Origin: an uncultured Bacilli bacterium
GTDB lineage: Bacteria; Bacillota_I; Bacilli_A; RF39; UBA660
Reading direction: 5' to 3'
Assembly (NCBI GenBank): GCA_947625505.1
Contig: CANQON010000001.1
Coordinates: 28,950-92,949, forward strand
Length of the DNA: 64,000 nucleotides
In this document: one piece after another, positions 51,967 through 60,900 of the stretch
How positions within the stretch are numbered: the first letter of the stretch is position 1
How the letters are laid out: each line of letters begins with the position of its first letter
The notes under the pieces: model-generated
Told to the model about the DNA's origin: nothing
What the model saw: the letters and a program-made list of their open reading frames with translations, nothing else
The model's database searches: none
Program-made: the position numbers and the translations under genes

Positions 51967-52227
51967 ATGGATAATAAATTAACTTATTCAGAAATAATTT
52001 CATTAGCTGGAAACTTAAAAATGGTTTCTGGACAAATAGAAGATTTACTATCAGTTTTAAAAGAACAAGACTATGCAAGAATTGGTGACGGAGGAGATGT
52101 TTGGACAGGAGATGCCGCATTAATGGCACGCCAAACATTCGATGAATTAGTTACTCGCTTTCCAGAATTTATTAATTCAATAAATGATTACGCTGACTAT
52201 TTAGTTAATGTCGTAGCGTCAAGATAG
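51967..52227 (+). CDS. WXG100 (EsxA/YukE-like) protein
   Basis: 86 aa with a central W-x-G (GGDVWTGDAALMARQTF) between two predicted helices. RBS AGGTGA precedes the ATG. Confidence 0.7.
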   Translation: MDNKLTYSEIISLAGNLKMVSGQIEDLLSVLKEQDYARIGDGGDVWTGDAALMARQTFDELVTRFPEFINSINDYADYLVNVVASR

Positions 52228-52243
52228 TTGTAGGAGGAAATAT

Positions 52244-53191
52244 ATGAATAATGAGGTTGGAGAAAAATTTTTACCAATAGGCTCAGTAGTAATGTTAAAG
52301 GGTGGTACTAAAAGAGCAATGATTACAGGATTCTGTTCTGTAGCCCAAGATGATGCACAAAAAACATATGATTATAGTGGATGTATATATCCTGAAGGAT
52401 ATATATCATCTAATCAAGTATGCTTATTTGATCATGATCAAATTGAAAAAGTATATTTTGTAGGATATGAAGACGAAGAAGAAAAAGCTTTTAAAGAAAA
52501 ATTAAAAACTTTAGTAGAAGCAAATAATAATCAAGCAAATGGAGGAGTAGTACCTAGTACTGTGCCAACAATTCCAGATATGAGTGTTCCTACACAACCA
52601 AGTACGATGGCAGTACCAGGAGTACCAAGTGTACCTGAGATGCCAGGTATGATACCACAAGCACCTGTACCAGATATGGGTATGCCAATGCAACCAAGTA
52701 CACCAGTAATGTCGACAGTACCAAGTGTACCTGAAATGCCAGGCATGATGCCACAAGCACCAGTACCAGATATGGGTATGCCAGTGCAACCAAGTATGCC
52801 AGTAATGCCAACAGCACCAAGTGTGCCTGAAATGCCAGGCATGATGCCACAAGCACCTGTACCAGATATGGGTATGCCAGTGCAACCAAGTACACCAGTA
52901 ATGCCAACAGTACCAAGTGTGCCTGAAATGCCAGGCATGATACCACAAGCACCAGTACCAGATATGGGTATGCCAGTGCAACCAAGTACACCAGTAATGC
53001 CAACAGTACCAAGTGTACCTGAAATGCCAAGTATGATGCCACAAGTACCACAAGCGCCAATGCCTATGGCTCCAGAAGTACCTCCAATGGCAGGACTTGC
53101 TCCATCACCATTTGGAATGCCAACTTCTCAACCACAAGTACCTGGTATGCCAACAGTTCCACCTGTTGATCCAAATAACCAAAATATGTAA
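52244..53191 (+). CDS. DUF4176-like N-terminal domain fused to a Pro/Met-rich 32-aa tandem-repeat tail
   Basis: The N-terminus FLPIGSVVMLKGGTKRAMITG…YDYSGCIYPEGY…VYFVGYEDEEE resembles the T7SS-associated DUF4176. Residues about 128–270 are 4.5 copies of PSVPEMPGM[IM]PQAPVPDMGMP[VM]QPS[TM]PVM[PS]T[VA]. RBS AGGAGG precedes the ATG. Confidence 0.55.
   Translation: MNNEVGEKFLPIGSVVMLKGGTKRAMITGFCSVAQDDAQKTYDYSGCIYPEGYISSNQVCLFDHDQIEKVYFVGYEDEEEKAFKEKLKTLVEANNNQANGGVVPSTVPTIPDMSVPTQPSTMAVPGVPSVPEMPGMIPQAPVPDMGMPMQPSTPVMSTVPSVPEMPGMMPQAPVPDMGMPVQPSMPVMPTAPSVPEMPGMMPQAPVPDMGMPVQPSTPVMPTVPSVPEMPGMIPQAPVPDMGMPVQPSTPVMPTVPSVPEMPSMMPQVPQAPMPMAPEVPPMAGLAPSPFGMPTSQPQVPGMPTVPPVDPNNQNM
52560..53060 (+). 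repeat. in-frame 96-bp tandem repeat of about 4.5 near-identical copies (unit starts 52625, 52721, 52817, 52913, 53009) plus a degenerate leading copy
   Basis: The unit ccaagtgtacctgaaatgccaggcatgatgccacaagcacc[ta]gtaccagatatgggtatgcca[ag]tgcaaccaagta… repeats directly with only a few substitutions per copy. Confidence 0.9.
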
Positions 53192-53194
53192 ACG

Positions 53195-53222
53195 AAAAGT
53201 ATTTTATAAATACTTTTTTTTT
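53195..53222 (+). terminator. intrinsic terminator between the substrate module and essC-1
   Basis: AAAGTATTT-tat-AAATACTTT followed by T10. Confidence 0.75.
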
Positions 53223-53230
53223 GTTATAAT
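53222..53230 (+). promoter_or_regulatory. extended -10 promoter (TGtTATAAT) for essC-1
   Basis: TTGTTATAAT lies 37 nt upstream of the essC-1 ATG. Confidence 0.45.
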
Positions 53231-53266
53231 AGATATAGTATGTTAAAAGAATAAGGATGGGATAGT

Positions 53267-56200
53267 ATGTTAGTATCATTAATTAAAAGTACGAGAATCA
53301 ATACGTTAACTTTACCTAATAGAATTATAGGTAACTATTGGGTTACAGATTATGATGATAATAATAATGAACAAAATTTAATTAGTATTGAAGCTCAAGA
53401 TGGGGCATGGCGTCTTATAAGTAATGATGATATTGCTGTTGTAGAAAATAATGCTGAAAGAGATTATGTCTATTTAAAAGAATATGCTTTTTACTTATTA
53501 AAATTTAAGCAAACTAATACATACTTACTATTATATTGTTCTCCTGTCTATGATAAAACTTTTAAAAGATATTATATTGGTTCTAATCAAGAGATTACTA
53601 TTGGTAATAATAATGCTAATGCCATATACTATGATAATTCGGGTGTTGATAATGTACATGCTAAATTAGCTTACTATTCAGGTAGTTTTATTGTTACTGA
53701 TAATAATAGTCGTTTAGGAGTATATGTTAATAAAATACGTGTTCAAAAACAACAAAAGTTAGAAAATGGGGATATTATATTTATTGCGGGTTTAAAAATA
53801 ATTGTTTTAATTGAAGATAATGTTCCAATTATTATTGTTAATAATCCTGATGGATTAGTTAGATGTCAATCTAATGTTTTAAAAGCTCAAGAGTTAAAAA
53901 CAATAGAAAATCCTAGTGAGTTATTAAATACAGTTGATGATCCTGATGATGTTTTAGATGTGGATTTATATAAAGAAGATGATTATTTTCATAAAAAACC
54001 ACGTTTTAAGTCTAATGTTAAGACATTAGATATTCAAATAGATGCTCCTCCTAGTGCTGAAAAGAGTGAAGAGATGCCTGTTATGTTAACATTAGGGCCT
54101 ATGGTAACAATGGGAGTATCATCAGCTGTTATGAGTATTACAGCTGTTACTAATGTTTTAGCGCATAATAGTACTTGGGGACAAGCTATGCCTGCTATTG
54201 CGATAGGTACAGCTATGTTAGGTAGTTTAATATTATGGCCTTCTTTAACAAGACGTTATGAAACAAAAAGAAAACAACGTAAAGAAGAAATAAGACAATT
54301 AAAGTATAGTCAATATATTGAAGGTAAACGTCAAACAATAGTTGAAACTATTCGTACTCAAAGACAAATTTTAGCTGAAAATAATTTATCTTTAGAAGAG
54401 TGTCAACAAGTTATTTTAAAGCGTAAAATGAATTTATGGGAACGTAAATATGGTGATGAAGATTTCTTAGTTGTTAACTTAGGATCTGGTGTATTACCTA
54501 TGGATATTAATATTCAATATCCTGAAGAACATTTTTCTTTAGAAGATGATAATTTAAGAGAAATGGTTATGCGTTTAGGTAGTGAACCTAAAAACCTAGC
54601 TGATGTTCCTTTAACTATTTCTTTATATGAAAAAAATATTTTAGCGCTTATTGGTACTAAAAAATTAAATAAATCATATATTGATCGTTTAATTTTACAA
54701 TTAGTAACATTCCATAGTTATGATGAACTAAAGATTGTTGTCTTTACTTCTAAAAATAATGAAGAGAGTTGGGATTATATAAAGATTCTTCCTCATTGTT
54801 GGAGCAATGATAAATCAATACGTTTCTTTGGTACAACAAATGATGAGATAAAAGAAGTATGTTATCATTTAGATCGTGAATTATCTTCACGTAGAGATGA
54901 AGAAGAACAAGTAAAAAGTAATTCACCTTATTATTTAATTATTACAGACTCTATTAAAACAATACGTAGTTTTGATGTTATTAAAGATATATTAGGATTA
55001 CAAGAAAATTATGGCTTTGGATTATTAATTATGAATGATCGCGTATCTAATTTACCTACAGAGTGTAAGGCTTTTATTAATGTATCAGAAAAGAATTCTG
55101 ACTTATTTGAGAATGTCTTAAATACTAATCATTTAAACTTCCGTATTGATTTTGATACGAATATTAATATGTATGAATGTGCGAAAGTATTAGCTAATAT
55201 GCCTATTGAAATAGGTGATGATAGTGAAGCTTTACCTAATAAGTATGGTTTCTTAGAAATGTATAATGTAGGTAAAGTAGAACAGTTAAACTCACTTAAT
55301 AGATGGCAAAAGAATAATCCTATTTTAACCTTACAAGCTCAAGTTGGAGTTGGTAAGGGAGGAGAAAAAATAAATCTTGATTTACATGAAAAATTTCATG
55401 GACCACATGGATTAGTAGCAGGATCTACAGGTAGTGGTAAATCAGAATTTATTATTACTTATATCTTATCAATGGCTGTTAACTATCATCCTAATGAAGT
55501 TCAATTTATTTTAATAGATTATAAAGGAGGAGGTCTAGCTGGAGCTTTTGAAAATAAAGAAACAGGTATTAGACTACCTCATTTAGCAGGGACAATTACT
55601 AACCTTGATACTAGTGAGATGAATCGTGCTTTAGCATCTATTGAATCAGAATTAAAAAGAAGACAAAGAATTTTTAATGAAGCTAGAGAGTTATCTGGTG
55701 AAAGTACGATTGATATATATAAATATCAAAAATTATATCGTAATGGAGTAGTTAAAGAACCTATAGCGCACTTATTTATCATTAGTGATGAGTTTGCTGA
55801 ATTAAAGAGTCAACAACCTGAATTCATGCAACAACTTATCAGTACAGCGCGTATAGGAAGATCTTTAGGTGTTCACCTTATTTTAGCAACGCAGAAACCT
55901 GCTGGTATTGTTGATAATCAAATATGGAGTAATACGCGTTTTAGAGTATGCTTACGTGTTCAAGAAAAAAGTGATAGTAATGATGTTATTAAATGCCCAG
56001 ATGCTGCTTTAATTAAACAGACAGGTCGTTTCTATTTACAAGTAGGATATAATGAAATATTTGAATTAGGACAATCAGCATGGTGTGGAGGTAAATATTA
56101 TCCTGCTGAAAAATTAAAGAAAACAGTTGATACTTCAATTGACTTTGTCGATAATGTAGGCTTTGTTATTAAGTCTGCTGAAAAAGATAAACATAAAGAT

Positions 56201-57901
56201 AGTGATAAAGCTCAAGGTGAAGAATTAAATAATGTTGTTGCATATTTATCTAATATAGCTGCAACCGAAGGAATTAGTGTTAAACAATTATGGTTAGATC
56301 GTATTCCTGATTATATTACAGTAGCTGCTTTAATGCGTAAATATGATATTAAGCCAAGTAAGAATTATATCGCGCCTATTATTGGTGAATATGATGATCC
56401 ATCTAATCAAAGACAAGATATTTTACGTATTCCTTTTGTAAATGATGGAAATGGTATTGTTTATGGAGTTAGTGGAAGTGGTAAAGAAAATTTAATTAGT
56501 TCAATGATTTTCTCTTCAATGTACCTATATACTCCAGAAGAATTAAATTATTATGTTCTAGATTTTGGATCTGAAACATTAAAAGTATTTGATAGTTGTC
56601 CATTAGTAGGAGATGTTTTACTTGCTAATGATAAAGATAAAATAGCTAATTTATTTAAGTTATTATCTAATAAAGTAGAAGAACGTAAAAAGTTATTTGC
56701 TCCTTATGGAGGAAGCTATGAATACTATATGGAAAATAGTGATAACAAATTGCCTGTTATTGTTGTAATAATAAATAACTTTGAAGTATATGATGATAGT
56801 TATCTTACATATGAAGAGTTGTTATTATCACTTACAAGAGAAGGATCTAAATATGGTATTTACTTCTTCTTATCTGTTAATACACCTAATGGTGTAAGAT
56901 TCAAAATGCGTCAAAACTTTAATCAAGAATTCGTTTTACAACAAAATAATGAAAATGATTATACAGCTATTTTGGGTAATGTTAAAAAGAATTATCCATC
57001 TAAGATTAAGGGTAGGGGTATTATTAAGAAAAATGATATTATATATGAATTCCAAACAGCATACCCTGCACCTAAAAATAAAGAAAGTTATACCTTTATT
57101 AAGGAACAATGCGAGACATGCGCTAAAGAATTTGATAAAGTGGCAGAACATGTTCCAACCTTACCTGATCATATAGCTTTCAAAGATGTAAAACACGAAT
57201 TAGGTAAGAGTGACGCTATGATAATTGGTTATAATAAAGAGACATTAGATATTGTAAAATATGACTTTACACATAAACCAGTTACTCTTATTACTGCTCA
57301 AGACATTAGTATGGCTAGTCACTTTGTTAGACCATTAATTAAACAATTTGCATCTTTAAATAAATGTGATGTCTTAGTTATTGATGCCGAAGAATTACAA
57401 TTAACAATGGGTATTGGTAACCTTAAATATGTTGATGTTAACTTTGATGATAATTTTACTAAATTAGAAAAATTTATTAATGATTATTATCAACAATATC
57501 TTGATAGTGATTATGATAGACACATATTTGAAAATGAAAGACCTGCAACAATATTTATTTGTGGCTTAGAAAGCTTTAGAAATAAATTAGGTATTGAAAA
57601 CAAAAATAAATTTGGCCAACTTTTTGAACATGCTAAAGATTTAGGTATCGTTAACTTTGTTATAGTTGAAAGTGCTGATAAACTTAAGAAATTTGAGACA
57701 GAAAGTTGGTATAAATCAGCTGTTAATAATACAACAGGTATTTGGGTAGGAAATGGTGTTTCTGAACAATTTATCTTGAAGTTAACTAAAGTAACAAAAG
57801 AAATAAGAGAAGATATTCCAGATAACTTCTGTTATGTAATAGCTAGAGGTAAACCAATTCTTACACAATTTATTGAAAGTTTTGATATTTTAAATGATTA
57901 G
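53267..57901 (+). CDS. essC: T7SS FtsK/SpoIIIE-family ATPase EssC/YukB, paralogue 1 (1544 aa)
   Basis: N-terminal FHA-like domains are followed by 2 TM helices (about aa 270–330) and three ATPase domains. D1 Walker A is GPHGLVAGSTGSGKSEFIITYILSMAVNYHP, with …ILATQKP…GRFYLQVGY. D2 is YGVSGSGKENL. D3 is degenerate. Confidence 0.9.
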   Translation: MLVSLIKSTRINTLTLPNRIIGNYWVTDYDDNNNEQNLISIEAQDGAWRLISNDDIAVVENNAERDYVYLKEYAFYLLKFKQTNTYLLLYCSPVYDKTFKRYYIGSNQEITIGNNNANAIYYDNSGVDNVHAKLAYYSGSFIVTDNNSRLGVYVNKIRVQKQQKLENGDIIFIAGLKIIVLIEDNVPIIIVNNPDGLVRCQSNVLKAQELKTIENPSELLNTVDDPDDVLDVDLYKEDDYFHKKPRFKSNVKTLDIQIDAPPSAEKSEEMPVMLTLGPMVTMGVSSAVMSITAVTNVLAHNSTWGQAMPAIAIGTAMLGSLILWPSLTRRYETKRKQRKEEIRQLKYSQYIEGKRQTIVETIRTQRQILAENNLSLEECQQVILKRKMNLWERKYGDEDFLVVNLGSGVLPMDINIQYPEEHFSLEDDNLREMVMRLGSEPKNLADVPLTISLYEKNILALIGTKKLNKSYIDRLILQLVTFHSYDELKIVVFTSKNNEESWDYIKILPHCWSNDKSIRFFGTTNDEIKEVCYHLDRELSSRRDEEEQVKSNSPYYLIITDSIKTIRSFDVIKDILGLQENYGFGLLIMNDRVSNLPTECKAFINVSEKNSDLFENVLNTNHLNFRIDFDTNINMYECAKVLANMPIEIGDDSEALPNKYGFLEMYNVGKVEQLNSLNRWQKNNPILTLQAQVGVGKGGEKINLDLHEKFHGPHGLVAGSTGSGKSEFIITYILSMAVNYHPNEVQFILIDYKGGGLAGAFENKETGIRLPHLAGTITNLDTSEMNRALASIESELKRRQRIFNEARELSGESTIDIYKYQKLYRNGVVKEPIAHLFIISDEFAELKSQQPEFMQQLISTARIGRSLGVHLILATQKPAGIVDNQIWSNTRFRVCLRVQEKSDSNDVIKCPDAALIKQTGRFYLQVGYNEIFELGQSAWCGGKYYPAEKLKKTVDTSIDFVDNVGFVIKSAEKDKHKDSDKAQGEELNNVVAYLSNIAATEGISVKQLWLDRIPDYITVAALMRKYDIKPSKNYIAPIIGEYDDPSNQRQDILRIPFVNDGNGIVYGVSGSGKENLISSMIFSSMYLYTPEELNYYVLDFGSETLKVFDSCPLVGDVLLANDKDKIANLFKLLSNKVEERKKLFAPYGGSYEYYMENSDNKLPVIVVIINNFEVYDDSYLTYEELLLSLTREGSKYGIYFFLSVNTPNGVRFKMRQNFNQEFVLQQNNENDYTAILGNVKKNYPSKIKGRGIIKKNDIIYEFQTAYPAPKNKESYTFIKEQCETCAKEFDKVAEHVPTLPDHIAFKDVKHELGKSDAMIIGYNKETLDIVKYDFTHKPVTLITAQDISMASHFVRPLIKQFASLNKCDVLVIDAEELQLTMGIGNLKYVDVNFDDNFTKLEKFINDYYQQYLDSDYDRHIFENERPATIFICGLESFRNKLGIENKNKFGQLFEHAKDLGIVNFVIVESADKLKKFETESWYKSAVNNTTGIWVGNGVSEQFILKLTKVTKEIREDIPDNFCYVIARGKPILTQFIESFDILND

Positions 57902-57904
57902 AAA

Positions 57905-57931
57905 AAAGATAATTATATTATCTTTTTTTAT
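57905..57931 (+). terminator. intrinsic terminator between essC-1 and essC-2
   Basis: AAGATAAT-tat-ATTATCTT followed by T8. Confidence 0.75.
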
Positions 57932-57962
57932 TGGTTAAATAGTGTATTTTTGCTTTATATTA

Positions 57963-57971
57963 TGGTATAAT
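57963..57971 (+). promoter_or_regulatory. extended -10 promoter (TGgTATAAT) for essC-2
   Basis: TATGGTATAAT lies about 30 nt upstream of the essC-2 start. Confidence 0.45.
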
Positions 57972-57999
57972 ATTTGATGAGAATAGGGGTCGTGTGATT

Positions 58000-60900
58000 A
58001 TGCTGATATCAATAATGGATAACGACAAATTGACGAAGTTTAATTTACCTGAAAAAGTAGAAGAAACTTTCCTTATTAAGTATCGCCCTGTCAATTCTAA
58101 TATTGACAAGGATATTAATGTGGAATCATCTAATGGTAAATGGTATTTAAAAAGTAATGGTAGTATTGATGTTGCTATCGATAATAAAATTATTGATAAA
58201 GCAGTACTAGAAGAATATAATCAGTATTTTCTATCAGTAAGTGGACAAAAAATATACTCTATCCTATATTGTTCTCCTTCAAATGAAGAAAAACAAAAAT
58301 ATAAATTTAATACGGATCATATAACAATAGGTAAGGATACTAATTCTACTATTTGTTATCAAAATAATTTAATGGCACCTACACATGCAACAATATATTG
58401 TCAAAATAATACTTGGTTTATCAAAAGTAGTGATTTAGATTGGGCTCGTGTTTATGTTAATAATGTACGTGAATATAATGCTAAGTTACATGTAGGGGAT
58501 GTTATTTTTATAAATGGGTTAAAGATTATTTGGATGAATAGTTTTATCGTAATTAATAATCCTAAAGGAGAAGCTAATATATCTAATATTTTGACACCTT
58601 ATGCTGAAGAAAATGTTGATAATACTAAATATTCTGAAATATCAGAGGATGAAGAGAATGTTCCTTTATATGATGAAAAAGAATATTTTAGTCATGTTCC
58701 TAGACTTCGTACAGTATTTGAAACAGATACTGTAGAGATTGATGAACCTCCAATGTCTCAAAATGTTGAAGATCAACCTTTTATTGCAACAATTGGTACT
58801 TCACTTATGATGCTTGCTTCAACATTAGTTATGGGCTCATCTATATTAAATAGTATTAGTAATGGAACTGCTAATATCATAATGATTATTCCACAAGCAG
58901 CTATGATTATTGCAATGATTATTGCAACGATTGTTCTTCCTAAATATCTTCGTAAATATCAACGTTCTAAAAGAGACGAAAAAGAAGCTTTAAGGCAAAA
59001 AAAGTATACCAATTATTTAAATGATAAAGAAGCTAAAATCAAATCTTTATTAAAAGCAAAACAACAAGTTTTAAATGAAAACTTTCCTATGCTAAATGAA
59101 GCTATTGTTACTGTAAATAATCGTACTAGAAGACTATGGGAAAAAGAAATAAAGGATGATGATTTCTTAACAATACGTTTAGGCTTAGGTAATATGCCAT
59201 CTAATATTACGATTAATGCTGCTAAAGAAAGATTTACCCTAGATGATGATAATTTAAGAGCTCGTGTTCATGCAATTGTAGATCACTCTAAAATACTTGA
59301 AAATGTTCCTGTTACTTTTTCCTTTGCTGAAAAGAATATTTCAGCTATTATAAGTGAAGGACATTATAATAAGAAATATATTGATGGCTTAATCCTTCAG
59401 ATTTTAGCATATCATAGTCCTGCTGATTTAAAGATTGTCTTACTTACTAATTATGCTAATACGAATAGATGGAGTTATTTAAAGTTTGCTCCACATTGTT
59501 GGACTGATGACCGAGAGATGCGTTTTTATGCTGATGATATGGAAGAAATGAAGAATATATCATCATATCTTGAAAACGAATTAAATAAAAGAAAAGCATT
59601 ATTAGAAAATAATGATAATAAAGATATTAAAAGACAAGATGGATTTAAAAACTTTTCACCATATTACTTAATCATTACTGATGACTATCGTAATACTAAG
59701 AATGTTCAGTTTTTATCAACATTCTTACACGAAGAAGAAAACTATGGTTTTTCTTTATTACTAGTTGATGATTCTATGCGTAATATGCCTAATGAATGTG
59801 ATACATTTATTGATGTTTTAGATAAAAATAGTTGTATCTTTCAAAAGGAATTAAGTAGTCAAACACAAACGAATTTTATTAATGAGTATGTTGATTCTGT
59901 TAATATGGATGATATAGTCTTTAAGTTAGCTAATATTCCTGTTGCATCTAGAGAAATGATGAGTTTATTACCTAAATCTATTTCTTTCTTAGAAATGTAT
60001 AATGTAGGTAATATCAAACAATTAAATATTTTAAATAGATGGAAGACAAGTAATCCTGTTATTACACTTGAAGTTCCTGTTGGAGTACATCCTAGTGGAG
60101 AATTATTTAAATTAAATCTACATGAAAAATTTCATGGACCACATGGTTTAATTGCAGGATCTACAGGTAGTGGTAAATCCGAATTTATTATTACTTACAT
60201 CTTATCTATGGCTATTAACTATCATCCTGATGATGTTCAATTTGTATTAATAGACTATAAAGGTGGAGGCTTAGCAGGAGCATTTGAAAACCGTGAAAGT
60301 GGAGTTCAAATACCTCATTTAGCAGGTACGATAACTAATTTAGATACTAATGAAATGAATCGTACTTTAGTATCTATTCAAAGTGAGTTAAAACGTCGTC
60401 AAGCTAAATTTAATGAAGCTCGTGATCGCTTAGATGAAAGTACGATTGATATTTATAAATATCAGAGATATTATCATGAAGGATTACTAGATGAACCTAT
60501 TGCACATTTATTTATTATATGTGATGAGTTTGCGGAATTAAAGAGTCAACAACCTGAATTCATGCAACAACTTATTAGTACATCACGTATAGGTCGTTCT
60601 TTAGGAGTTCACCTTATTTTAGCAACGCAGAAACCTACGGGAGTTGTTAATGATCAAATATGGTCTAACTCAAGATTTAAAGTATGTTTAAAAGTACAGA
60701 GTCGTAGTGATAGTATGGAAATGTTAAAGCGTCCTGAAGCGGCATCAATTAAAGATACAGGACGTTTCTATTTACAAGTAGGCTATGATGAATTATTTGA
60801 ATTAGGTCAATCAGCATGGTGTGGTGCTAAATATATTCCAACTGAACGTATAAAGAAAAAACAAGATGATTCAATAACTTTTGTAGATAATACTGGATAT

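Noticed and set aside
52511-53060. Three overlapping minus-strand ORFs of 135–180 aa with W/H/Y-rich or Gly-rich translations
   Set aside because: They are alternative-frame read-throughs of the 96-bp tandem repeat inside the + strand DUF4176-like gene. Their periodic, low-complexity translations and lack of RBS mark them as repeat artefacts.
52560-53060. Possible CRISPR array because of the regular direct repeats
   Set aside because: The repeats are contiguous with no spacers, lie in-frame within a CDS, are 96 bp long, and there are no cas genes. This is a coding tandem repeat.
56936-57176. Pair of 71–75-aa ORFs on both strands
   Set aside because: They are internal to essC-1, which has a conserved ATPase-domain reading frame. 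There are no start signals.
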